Assembly (NCBI GenBank): GCA_040285825.1 | Contig: JAUPSS010000004.1 | Coordinates: forward strand, 5,609,784-5,673,783 | DNA length: 64,000 nucleotides | From: Eukaryota sp. TZLM1-RC | Taxonomy: Eukaryota > Protista > Metamonada: BaSk clade | Direction of reading: 5' to 3' | Shown here: positions 1-10,991 of the stretch, piece by piece | Position numbering within the stretch: the stretch's first letter is position 1 | How the letters are laid out: each line of letters starts with the position of its first letter | Position numbers and translations under genes: made by a program | Notes under the pieces: model-generated | Seen by the model: only the letters and a program-made list of their open reading frames with translations | The model's database searches: none | What the model was told of the DNA's origin: nothing

Positions 1-2484
1 TGTTACTCCTCTTGAGTAAGTTCTCATCGCCGTGAGTCCCAAAGGAATATCTTCTTCATTAGCCCTGTTCCTTAGTACATCCATTGTGGGTTTGTTTCCT
101 GCTGTGTAACACCAAGCGAGGAAATGTCTTCTCGTTGTTGATATCAAATCGAGTAGAGTTGTTCTGTTCGGTGAGTCCCACAAGGATTCCCTAGTCCATA
201 CTGGAAGGAGTTCACTTGATATAGCAAAGTTATCCAAACCCATAAGGAAGTACTCGGCTATTAGAACGGGAGATATGGTTATCAGCCCACTGCTTCCTCT
301 AATTGAATCGGGTATGGTTAGGTCGGTCATGTAGGTGGTCATTCTCAAGACGTCTCCAAAATCTTCTACATAACGACCAAACTCGTTGTCAGCCTCATGC
401 CTATTGTGGATTTTTCTCCAGTTAATTCTAGGCTTCATTAGAGCTGTACAGGCCTCGTGATATGATGTGAATTGTGTTCTTTTTAACAGAAATACCATGA
501 CGTCGGCGTCGGTATAATCAACACCGAGTAAACCTTGACTTTGCCATCTGGATAAAAGGCTAGGGTCAATCATGCTGGATATTCCTGTAGGGCAAGTGCT
601 CATCATCATGCTCCTAAATAAATCATAATGGTGGATTGGGGGTCCGAGCTTATCTGTTATAGCTGGGTCAATCCTTACCAAAGGCTGTGTTGTATCCCTG
701 GTGATCTCGTCGCGTATATGTTTGGGGAGATCTTTAATCCTATCTTGGGTTATTTCTGCTTGGCCTTCTCCAAATAGCTGGGTAGCTATCAAAAGGCTCT
801 GGTCCAATCTGATTGACCTGGGGCTTCAAAGCTTCTATTAGCTATCTTTCGCCCGTATTTATCCCAAGTTTTTAAAAGAAAAGCTATGATAGACATTTTG
901 TTGATAGGGTCATCAGCGGATAATCGAGGTCTTTTATAGTCGATATCCTTAGACCGTGGATCAATCTGTCTATGAAGGCTACTAGCTATGCTCATGTCAA
1001 TAGCTCTTCTTGAGGATTGTAGGTCCTCAATACGCATAGATCTGTCGGAAGAAGAGTTTCTTACTGAGGGTTGAGGAGGAGCCGTTTCTCCAACGACTGG
1101 CCCGTTCAACTCTATGTCTTCTCCGATTACACATTCCATAGGTTGGAAGGAAGTTGGTTCTTCCTGAGGAGCAACGTCTTGTTTTGTTACAGGTTCCGGG
1201 ACGTTCACTGTTGGAACGTGTTGGGGTATGCTGTCGATAGAGCAGACCTGTATTGGTTGGCTTTTTTCAGAAATAAAAGGAGCTACAACAGGCAATTTCG
1301 GAAGGTGGAGAGATGTGGATGGATCTTCCGTTACCCATTGTCTAAACTCTGGTTGTTTCGTGAACGAGTTACCATGTTGTTGGATGTAGTTGTTAGGACG
1401 GTTCCCATACGTGGATACAGCTGATCGTTCCGTATGAATGTTATTTAAAGCGTCTGCATCGAACCAGGGTGTTACTGGTTCAAGCTTATCTTGTTCACTA
1501 CTGTCCTCCTGCTCCATGAATTCCCTAAAATATGTGGGAGCACCCTCTGTCAGCTCCGTGTAGTTATGGATTTCCGTATCAAAGTTAGGATCAAACCAGG
1601 CAGGCAATTTGGATTGTAGGATGTCTTCCGAGTCGGTCCTACTTCTCTGCTCGATGGAGAGAAACCTTATTCTTCTGCCATGTTGGTCTAGGAAGAAAGC
1701 CTTCCAATCGAATCTATCCTTGATGGAAAGGGACATCATCTCGTTAAATCTTTTTGTCCATGCCAGAGATTCTGGGACGTCGCTCTGCGTTACGCCCGAA
1801 CGTCTCTTTGCTCAATTTATCAAGAGCTTTGATGAGTTCATTCCTTTCATTGAGGGGAATTTCTGATACCTTTTGGGTATCCCCAACCATACCGAGGGTG
1901 TGGAAACCAACGTTTTTGCCTCTTTTACGAATGTAACTCCACAGAGGAGGAAGCTGCTCGAATAGACAGAAATCTGTTGGTTCGAGGTAAGCTTCCGCAT
2001 CCTCTCTTAATAACTTGTAGAACCCCTCGGAAGAGTCGTCTTCTCCCTCCATTTCATCTAGTTGAAATTGAATTTCTTCATATTCTCCTAATGGGGAAGA
2101 CGTGTCTAAGGTGGGATTTCCATCCGTTCCCTTTAAGACAGGTTCTACAATTGGGAGGGAGGGAGCCGGGTCCGTTCTCCTTACCTCTTCCATTGCTTTC
2201 AGGGGAGAGGGAGCCGGGTCCGTTCTCTTTACCTCATCTGTTTCTTCTTTTTTCTTCAGGGGAGAGGGGGTCGGGTCCGTCCTCGTTACCTCTTCCATTA
2301 CTGATGATGGAGGGACCTTGTCCACTCTTTCATCTTTCACTTTTAGGGAGGGAGAGGTGGGATCTGGGTCCGTTACCTTGTTACCCTCTTTGTTATGTAT
2401 ATGTGTATGTGTTGCTGCTTCCTGTTGCTGCATGTGAGGTGAGGAATTGGGGTCAGAGATATCTTGCTGAAAGATGTCTGACAT
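1..2484 (-). pseudogene. gag: gag region of Gypsy copy 1, split by single-base indels at ~790 and ~1750
   Basis: ORFs 1744-2484 and 789-1739 are read as one ORF in copy 2 (9259-10539), and copy 3 reads through the 789 stop (TTT ATG ATA versus TTT TGA). Confidence 0.75.
2150..2380 (-). repeat. Tandem Pro-rich peptide repeats (xRTDP[T/A]PSPLK-like, 4 units) in Gag N-terminus
   Basis: VTDPDPTSPSLK, TRTDPTPSPLK, KRTDPAPSPLK, RRTDPAPSLP; recurring gggtccgt DNA motif. Confidence 0.8.
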
Positions 2485-2567
2485 GCTGTAAAGGTTTCTG
2501 GGGATGTTTACTAGTAAAGTGCTGAAGTTATGGTTTACCTTTTGACTTTAAAATGGCCAATAATTAT

Positions 2568-2646
2568 TGTTGCCTAAAGTCTATTGTAGTAATGAGAAGT
2601 CTGATTTATTTTCTATTCATATTATATAAGCCTTAGGGCACCAACA
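2568..2646 (-). repeat. 5' LTR (79 bp) of Gypsy copy 1
   Basis: TGTTG...CAACA inverted termini; identical to 10913-10991; 3 differences from 5501-5579 and 13842-13920. Confidence 0.9.
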
Positions 2647-3029
2647 CCCCTTGTTTTACACCAGATGAAGATTTTAAAGAAAGTACATCATACACCAATT
2701 CACTGGATTTACCGTAAAACAAGTAGAAATAACTTGATAGTTCAGGGAAATGTATTTGAATCACTTCGTAAATTGCTTTCCATTTTGCACTATCAAAAGC
2801 ATTACTAAAATCCAAATTGAAAATAAAAGTGTTTCCTTTAGAGTTAAACAATAAATCAGATGTAAGAGTTGCAACTGAAGCTACATCAATTGTTCGAATA
2901 CCAAGTTGCAATAATGATAAAAATTTTCCAGCTTTTTTGACAATTCTAGTAAAAATAAATGAGGCAAACAAACCAAAGAGGGATTCACCTACAGCAATAG
3001 GACCAATTCTTGATGGTTTAGATTCATTT
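2647..3029 (-). pseudogene. CRE-like family F RT fragment, cut by the Gypsy LTR at SSGVKQG
   Basis: ESKPSRIGPIAVGE...LDFSNAFDS...SSGVKQG closely matches ORF 19151-21805. Confidence 0.85.
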
Positions 3030-5262
3030 AATTTGAAAAGAATGTCAAATTCCAGCAATAATTCCAACAAATTCATCCATTGATTCACCGAATAATAAAT
3101 GTATATTTTGTACTAAAAATTTAGAAAATATTTCTTCTGACCAGTCATTACGTTTTTGCGAATCTTGCAGAGCTGTTGATTCTTTGAAATGTCCAATTCG
3201 TGTTTCATCACAGGTAAGTCCTCTATCTTCCATCCCCTTTTCAACTAGTTTTCGGAAATTTACAATAAATTTATCAAAAGATGTATGAGATGTAACACCA
3301 CTATGGAAATTTTTCTTACTCAAAGATAAAAGATCAAGGTCATGAAAATCAAAATTTCGTCCTTCTATCATGAAAGAGGAAAATATTGTTCGTAAGACAT
3401 CTTTCAAAGGACGTTTTGGTTCTGCTAGGCAATGTTTGTTTTAATCAGAACTTGCTGAATGTAATGAAAACACTGTTGCTCAGCTTAAAAGTCTCCATCC
3501 TTTCGAAGATTTTAACTGACCCAAACCTAATAATGTTAATTATTGGGAGCAGAATTCCCTAACCAATGATGAAATATCTAAATTAATCAAAAATTTACCC
3601 TCTGTTCAAGCGCCTGGACCTTCAATGATAGCATTTGATATGTTAAAATTCACAATGAACCAATGTCCTGAATGCATTGATGATTTGGTCTCCTTTTCAA
3701 TAACATTTTAACATTAAAAATGAAGCTTCCATCTGAAATGACAAGTTCGCGGTTAATTGCTTTAAAAAAATTAAACTATAATAAGACCAATTACAATTGG
3801 AGAATCACTGTCTCGTATTCTTGCTTCTGTTGTTTGCGGTAGGATTAGTAAAAAAGCTAAAGATTTTTTTAGTCCTTTTCAATTTGGTGTTAAAACAGTT
3901 GATGGAGCATCTTCTGCGGCCTTGTTTTTGACGTTTTCTTTAAATCAAATGATTCAAATTACATTTTTAATTTAGATTTCAAAAACGCCTTTAATGCTGT
4001 TTAAAGGTCATCAATATTGCCTTTGCTGCAAACTCATTTCCCAGAAGCTGAATCTCTTTTTTACAATTTCTACGGTTCTCAATCAACACTTGTATATGAG
4101 GACTTTAATCTTGTATCATCATCTGGAGTTAAACAAGGTGATCCATTGGGTTCTTTCTTCTTTTGCATCGCTATTCATCTTTTAATGTGTGAATTAAAAC
4201 AAAAATATTCAGAAATTGAAATTACAGCTTCTATTGATGAGATTTCAATAATTGGTCCAATTGATTCATTGAGAAAAATTGCTAAAGTTGTTCAACAGCG
4301 CTATTATGAAACTGGTCTTTCATTAAACATTTGCAAATGTTTATTGATTGGTAGAGACCCTGCTGAACTCGTTATTGATGGTCTAACTGTTCCTTTTATC
4401 AACAATAATGAATCAGAATTTCAATTGTTAGGTTGTTATATAGGAAAAATTTTTTGATGAAATTTGAAATCAATTTTCATCTCTTTTAGCAAATTTTGAA
4501 CAGGAACTTTCTGTTCTTTCAGATTTAAACATAGAAAAACATCTCAAATTCTTCTTTCTCAGAATTTGTTATTCAGGTAAATTTGGGTTCTGAACTTGAC
4601 ACAATTTTGTCATTTGAAATTGAAAAACATATTAAGTTTTTTATCTTAAAAATTTGTAACTCAGGTAAAATTACTCACATTTTAAGAACAACATCTCCTA
4701 ATATTTCATGTGAGTTTTGCCGCTCATTTAACTATTTGAAAACAAATATTTTGCATCTTTGATTGATGTCAATCCTGAACTAATTCGAAGTCATGTATTT
4801 TCATCATCTAATGTTGGTGGAATTAATTTCACTAAATCGTCTATTCTCTGTCAGGCTGTTTTCCTTGGTGGAGGAAAAAATTTTGTTTTTGAATTTCGCA
4901 ATCGTTTTCCAAATGATGTAAATTTATTGAATTTTAAAACCAATAAATATCTAAAAGACCTTGAAAATGCTCTTGATTGTTTGCCCCCTGAAATTTGGAG
5001 AAAATGTGTTCCCGATAATGTGCAGGAAATACCATCTAGAACACTAGTTAATTTGAGGTATTGTGTTGAAAAATTGCAACAAACATTATCAATAATTTTT
5101 GAAGGCTAGAAGACTGTTCAATCGTGTTTACTGGCAAAAACAGGACTGTTTTTTTTTTATTTTTAAGGGAATAAAACTAATTTCTGATTCACTCTGTTTT
5201 TTGGGAAATTTTCTGAAGTCTTGAAGTAGGGGAGGCAGGTTTTGAGAATGTGGAGTTTTTTT
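3030..5262 (+). pseudogene. Old decayed, chimeric CRE-like element (family G, related to E; C-like 3' end)
   Basis: CxxC..CxxC region, KGRFGSARQCLF, GVKQGDPLG, GGGKNF; in-frame stops and frameshifts; internal joins near 4580 and 5109. Confidence 0.8.
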
Positions 5263-5268
5263 AGACGA

Positions 5269-5500
5269 TTTTTTATTTATTTAAAACAAAAACAAAAATG
5301 TTAAAAACTAAAAATCTATTTCCTCAAACTCCACATCTACCATTGAAAATTTACCATCAACCTTTTTCTTCATAATATCTTCCTGGTGATAACAACGAGC
5401 TAAAAACAAGGCTATGCATCCCCTTAAAAATGGAAAATACAATTCTATTTTTGCCAAAAGGTTCGGTCAAATATTCTTCCAGTTCTATTTTTGACAATAG
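5269..5500 (-). pseudogene. 3' end and UTR of a CRE-like element (probably family F), abutting the Gypsy 3' LTR
   Basis: Reverse strand approximately encodes IVKNRTGRIFDRTFWQNRIVFSIFKG...EFEEIDF*, then AATAAA and an A-run. Confidence 0.75.
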
Positions 5501-5579
5501 TGTTGCCTAAAGTCTATTGTAGTAAAGAAAAGTCTGATTTATTTTCTATTCATATTATATAAGCCTTAGGGCGCCAACA
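5501..5579 (-). repeat. 3' LTR (79 bp) of copy 2
   Basis: TGTTG..CAACA termini; element strand carries TATATAA and AATAAA. Confidence 0.9.
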
Positions 5580-5596
5580 CTGCTTCTTCCCTTTTC
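5580..5596 (-). promoter_or_regulatory. Polypurine tract
   Basis: Element strand reads GAAAAGGGAAGAAGCAG immediately before the 3' LTR; repeated next to 13920. Confidence 0.8.
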
Positions 5597-5707
5597 AAAA
5601 TAAATCAGCTTATATGAATATGAAATAAAAACTATATACAAATAACGAAATAACTATAATAAATACATATAATCGATATAATATAAATAATCGATATAAA
5701 CTAAGAA

Positions 5708-7768
5708 TTAGCTCCTCTTCCTAATTCTACTACTGCGTCTAGGCTTCTTAGAAGGCGTAGACTCATTGGAGGTACCTTGTCGTCGACTAGTGGTACGTAT
5801 TCCCATTTTCTTGTTATCCTTACTAAATAACTTATAAGCTTCTGAGTGTTTAACTGAATGGAGTGGCTCTTCCGTTGTCTCACCGCCAAACCACTGAACA
5901 GTACAGAAACTACCTGAATCAGAGTGGTATTCTGAGAGGATTTTCTCTATAACGTGTTTTTCGGAATCGCCTGCAGCGACTGCCTTGAGGAACTCAATGT
6001 CCTGTGGATTTTCTGCGTTATAGATTTTGCAATCTTTCTTGGCAGCTTTTAATTCTGAGCCAGTAGTAAGACTCTTCAATAATAAAGTGGATTTGAATGG
6101 AAGGTCAATAACTAAAAATGGTCCATTCCAAGATCCATGCAATTTATTATTTTGCTTGGTTTTACGTAAGACGTAGTCACCAATATTAAATGCTAAAAAA
6201 CACGAATTAGTATTATCTACTGAAGACGGAGTATTTAATGTTTGGTGACGCTCTGCTTCTTCCCTTTTTTCTTGTAGACGAGTGTTTTTCATTTTGATGT
6301 CATCTAATAAGGGGATATTAGTTTCAAATTTGGATAAATTTCCTAATATATTAGCAGGGTCTGTTCCTGGGCTAATCGAAGAACCGAACATGAGTTCGTA
6401 TGGGGTAAAACCAGTTTTTCTGCTTTTAGTAGAATTTATTAATAGTTGGGATATAGGTACGTATGTAGACCAATTTCCGTAATCGTTGAAATCTATTAAT
6501 AGTTTCCTTAAGCATTGAAGAACGTCTCTATGTTTACGTTCCACAAGTCCATTACTTTCTGAATAGTGGGGAATTGAGTTACTCATCTCAATCGCTAATC
6601 TGTTACACACTATTTTGAAAGTCTCATTGGCGAACTCAGGTCCATTATCACTATGAATTAACATAGGTATGCCAAAGATAGCACAAACATTTCAAATTAA
6701 GGCATCTGCGGTTTCTAAGGCATTGAGTTCTTTTAGAGGGACTAAGATTGTATATCCAGTAAAAGAGTCTACAAATACTAATAGATATTTATTTCCTTCG
6801 TTGTCAGAATTTAGGGGTCCAATTGTATCGACGTTTAATCTGGCAAAAGGACGATCTGCCCATAAAGATCCTGTGGAAGGTGTTTTTGATCTTTTAACTG
6901 GAGCCGTTTTTTGACAAGTTGGGCATCTTTTGACATGATTAATGACGTCCTTTCTCATATTGGGCCAGTAGAAATCGCTTTTGGATAGTTTGTGTAAACT
7001 ATCGTTTTTGCTAGGGTGACCAGATTGAACCAAACCATGTATTAATAGTAGTGCGTGTTTTCTGAGGCTCTTTGGAATCAAAATTTTGTTTTTATTATTT
7101 TTCCAAATTTGAGTATTTTCATCTAGAATTGCATTTTCAAATAACGAATCGTTGTTGTTTTTGGCTATTTGTTGTTCAGATCTTATCTTAGAGAACCAAG
7201 AAGAAAAAATAGGTAGGTCTTGGTGTCTACTTAGAGATGAGATTGATGGGGTGTCTTCAAGATCCGAATCAGAATCGTCGTCTAGTGGAGGTATCTCGTA
7301 ATTTGAAAGTAAAGTATCTGGTATATTTATGCTACAAATAGAAGGAGTTTCCTCGTTTTGATCCAAATCAATATTCCTCGATAACATATCTGCCCAATGG
7401 TTGTCTTCACCAGGTTCGTGGACTATGTCAAAGTCGAATTCAGATAGTATCGGCAGCCATCTCTTTACAATTCTATTTTTCTCTGGGGCTGTAGCCAGGA
7501 ATGCAATGTTTTTATGATCTGTGAAAATTGTTAAATGTCTAGTTAACAAGTAGCTTTCTAAACAACTTTCAGTTAAAATCAAAAGTATTGCATATAATTC
7601 TTTTTGTAATGTGGACCATTTTCTTTGTGTTTCTGTAAGTAATCTACTATAGAATGACAAAGGTTTTACTTTCCTTTTATTTAGCGGGGTTCCTGCAGGG
7701 GAGTAGGGTTCAATTTCTTGCCAAATAACACCTCCTACTGCTACATCTGAAGCGTCAGTATTTATCAA
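5708..7768 (-). pseudogene. pol: RNase H - integrase (HHCC, DDE, GPY/F) - chromodomain-like tail; one in-frame TGA at 6692-6694
   Basis: TDASD..ELYA..TDH..ADMLSR; H..GH..CPTC; VDTIGP, SDNGPEF, NGLVER; WNGPF; VIEKIL..VQWFGGETTEEP. Confidence 0.9.
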
Positions 7769-7793
7769 TACTCGCTTGCGCGGAGCCGGTTAT

Positions 7794-9270
7794 TCAAGGG
7801 GCATGTGGTTTACTGTTAGCATGATTATGACTATTTGGGATGTTTTTTAATCCGAAGCAAGCTCTTTTAAACATGATTGACCTTCCAGGAATTGAGATTG
7901 ATGTTTTCTCAATATCCTTTTCAGCTACATTCATCTGCCAGAAAGCTTTTGGTAAATCAAGCGTGGCGATGCAATTTGCACTACTCAAAAATTCTAAAAT
8001 ATCACTAATCCTAGGTAGATTAGGCTCTACTGAAATCGTATGGGCATTAACTCCATCTTTACCACTAAAGTCTCCAGTTAACCTGGGTTTCTTGCCGTCA
8101 GGATATATAACTAAGACAATAGGAGAGCTGAATTTATAATTAGATTCAACTGCATAACCCATTTCGATCAGTTCATCAAATATTTTGTTTGCTATTTCCA
8201 TTTTGCTGGGATTTAACCGTCTAGCAGGCTTGTGTACTATAGCATTCTCATCTCTAAAGGGGATTGTTAGAGGATTACAATCGATTCCTTTTCTATTAGG
8301 AGTTTCACTAAAAACATCGCTGAATAATTTTAGTAGACTCGTTAATTTTAATTTATTATTACTATCATCTAAATTTATCTCACATCCAGATCTTGCTAAT
8401 TGCTCCTCAAAATCAGAAGGACTTTGTGATTGGTTATCTAAGTTCCCAATCGAATGTTGAGCGATCCTAGAGTCGAATTCTGATTCTGTATTTAGCAAAG
8501 TGCGGTGTTCTTTGTCTAATCTAATGAAAAGACCATCATCCGTCTGAAGCCCAAGTGCTTTTAACATGTCTGTCCCTATTAATAATTTGTTCGAACCCGG
8601 GATTATGGGAAGAGTATGTTTATAATGAACTTGTTGCGCAATACTTCCTACGTTGAAGGACAGAATACCAGTTGCACTCCCTAGCGATTTTGTGGATACG
8701 TTATTAGCTGATAAGAACTTAATAGTATCCTTGCTATTGATTGACATATGGCATTGTTCAGCTAAATCTGCAGTAATAACTGAACAAAACGCAGCCGAAT
8801 CTATAGTCGCAATCATTTTAATATCATTTATTGATATCTCCAGTCTTAGAAATGGAGAACGCTGGGACCTGACGTGGTTTTCACTAACCGTAGAATTAAT
8901 ATCAAAAATGCTATTGATATCAGAGCTGGTTTGGTGAATTTGTAGAGGAATTAAAAGAATTTGTTGAGCTGTTGGAAAGTTGTTGACTGGGTTTCCTAAA
9001 TCGGTTGTTGATTGGTTGTGATTGATTGCGTTGATATGTACCCGATTAGGAAAGTTGCCTGTCCTGCTGTTCCGGTTGCTGATGTTGATCCGTCTGTGAG
9101 GAACCGTACTCGAACGGGTCGGTTTTGACTCAGTAGGGGATGCGTTTGATGATATGTCCTCTGTTGTGTTTATGTTATGTATAGGTCTGTACTGACCTCT
9201 TCCTTTATGACCTCTAAAACGGCCTCCACGGCCTCTAGATTTGAATCTATGTACACGTCTACCACGGCCA
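7794..9270 (-). pseudogene. pol: Aspartic protease plus N-terminal half of RT (YxDD region missing)
   Basis: IDSAA and LLIGTD protease motifs; SSPIVLV, LDLPKAFWQ, FGLKN; then joins almost directly to the RNase H connection region. Confidence 0.85.
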
Positions 9271-10829
9271 TCGAGGTCTTTTATAGTCGATATCCTTAGA
9301 CCGTGGATCAATCTGTCTATGAAGGCTACTAGCTATGCTCATGTCAATAGCTCTTCTTGAGGATTGTAGGTCCTCAATACGCATAGATCTGTTGGAAGAA
9401 GAGTTTCTTACTGAGGGTTGAGGAGGAGCCGTTTCTCCAACGACTGGCCCGTTCAACTCTATGTCTTCTCCGATTACACATTCCATAGGTTGGAAGGAAG
9501 TTGGTTCTTCCTGAGGAGCAACGTCTTGTTTTGTTACAGGTTCCGGGACGTTCACTGTTGGAACGTGTTGGGGTATGCTGTCGATAGAGCAGACCTGTAT
9601 TGGTTGGCTTTTTTCAGAAATAAAAGGAGCTACAACAGGCAATTTGGGAAGGTGGAGAGATGTGGATGGATCTTCCGTTACCCATTGTCTAAACTCTGGT
9701 TGTTTCGTGAACGAGTTACCATGTTGTTGGATGTAGTTGTTAGGACGGTTCCCATACGTGGATACAGCTGATCGTTCCGTATGAATGTTATTTAAAGCGT
9801 CTGCATCGAACCAGGGTGTTACTGGTTCAAGCTTATCTTGTTCACTACTGTCCTCCTGCTCCATGAATTCCCTAAAATATGTGGGAGCACCCTCTGTCAG
9901 CTCCGTGTAGTTATGGATTTCCGTATCAAAGTTAGGATCAAACCAGGCAGGCAATTTGGATTGTAGGATGTCTTCCGAGTCGGTCCTACTTCTCTGCTCG
10001 ATGGAGAGAAACCTTATTCTTCTGCCATGTTGGTCTAGGAAGAAAGCCTTCCAATCGAATCTATCCTTGATGGAAAGGGACATCATCTCGTTAAATCTTT
10101 TGTCCATGCCAGAGATTCTGGGACGTCGCTCTGCGTTACGCCCGAACGTCTCTTTGCTCAATTTATCAAGAGCTTTGATGAGTTCATTCCTTTCATTGAG
10201 GGGAATTTCTGATACCTTTTGGGTATCCCCAACCATACCGAGGGTGTGGAAACCAACGTTTTTGCCTCTTTTACGAATGTAACTCCACAGAGGAGGAAGC
10301 TGCTCGAATAGACAGAAATCTGTTGGTTCGAGGTAAGCTTCCGCATCCTCTCTTAATAACTTGTAGAACCCCTCGGAAGAGTCGTCTTCTCCCTCCATTT
10401 CATCTAGTTGAAATTGAATTTCTTCATATTCTCCTAATGGGGAAGACGTGTCTAAGGTGGGATTTCCATCCGTTCCCTTTAAGACAGGTTCTACAATTGG
10501 GAGGGAGGGAGCCGGGTCCGTTCTCCTTACCTCTTCCATTGCTTTCAGGGGAGAGGGAGCCGGGTCCGTTCTCTTTACCTCATCTGTTTCTTCTTTTTTC
10601 TTCAGGGGAGAGGGGTCGGGTCCGTCCTCGTTACCTCTTCCATTACTGATGATGGAGGGACCTTGTCCACTCTTTCATCTTTCACTTTTAGGGAGGGAGA
10701 GGTGGGATCTGGGTCCGTTACCTTGTTACCCTCTTTGTTATGTATATGTGTATGTGTTGCTGCTTCCTGTTGCTGCATGTGAGGTGAGGAATTGGGGTCA
10801 GAGATATCTTGCTGAAAGATGTCTGACAT
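9271..10829 (-). pseudogene. gag: gag of copy 2, missing its C-terminal part through a 1199-bp deletion
   Basis: Junction accacggcca|tcgaggtc at 9270/9271 skips the equivalent of 17605-18803. Confidence 0.85.
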
Positions 10830-10912
10830 GCTGTAAAGGTTTCTGGGGATGTTTACTAGTAAAGTGCTGAAGTTATGGTTTACCTTTTGACTTTAAAATG
10901 GCCAATAATTAT

Positions 10913-10991
10913 TGTTGCCTAAAGTCTATTGTAGTAATGAGAAGTCTGATTTATTTTCTATTCATATTATATAAGCCTTAGGGCACCAACA
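10913..10991 (-). repeat. 5' LTR of copy 2
   Basis: Identical to 2568-2646, including both flanks. Confidence 0.9.

Larger units (their letters stand above)
1..2646 (-). mobile_element. Ty3/Gypsy LTR retrotransposon copy 1 (5' part; runs off window start)
   Basis: 1-1230 matches the gag region of copy 3 (17880-19115); 860-2646 matches copy 2; ends in a 79-bp TG..CA LTR. Confidence 0.9.
5501..10991 (-). mobile_element. Ty3/Gypsy chromovirus-like element copy 2 (two LTRs, internally deleted, no TSD)
   Basis: LTRs at 5501-5579 and 10913-10991; PR-RT-RH-IN order; PPT; flanks aatag and cccct do not match. Confidence 0.92.

Noticed and set aside
1071-2525. Plus-strand ORFs antisense to gag, and similar recurring antisense or alternate-frame ORFs across the window
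   Set aside because: No recognisable motifs; they recur only because the underlying element is repeated.
5565-5579. TGGCGCCC on the minus strand resembling a tRNA-Lys PBS
   Set aside because: It lies inside the LTR terminus (wrong position) and reads TGGTGCCC in the 5' LTRs.
6692-6694. In-frame TGA in integrase (and a TGA at a Trp-equivalent site near 3287) suggesting UGA recoding
   Set aside because: Trp is normally TGG here, and other in-frame stops replace probable Cys, Ser or Arg codons in decayed copies. Point mutation copied by duplication explains it.
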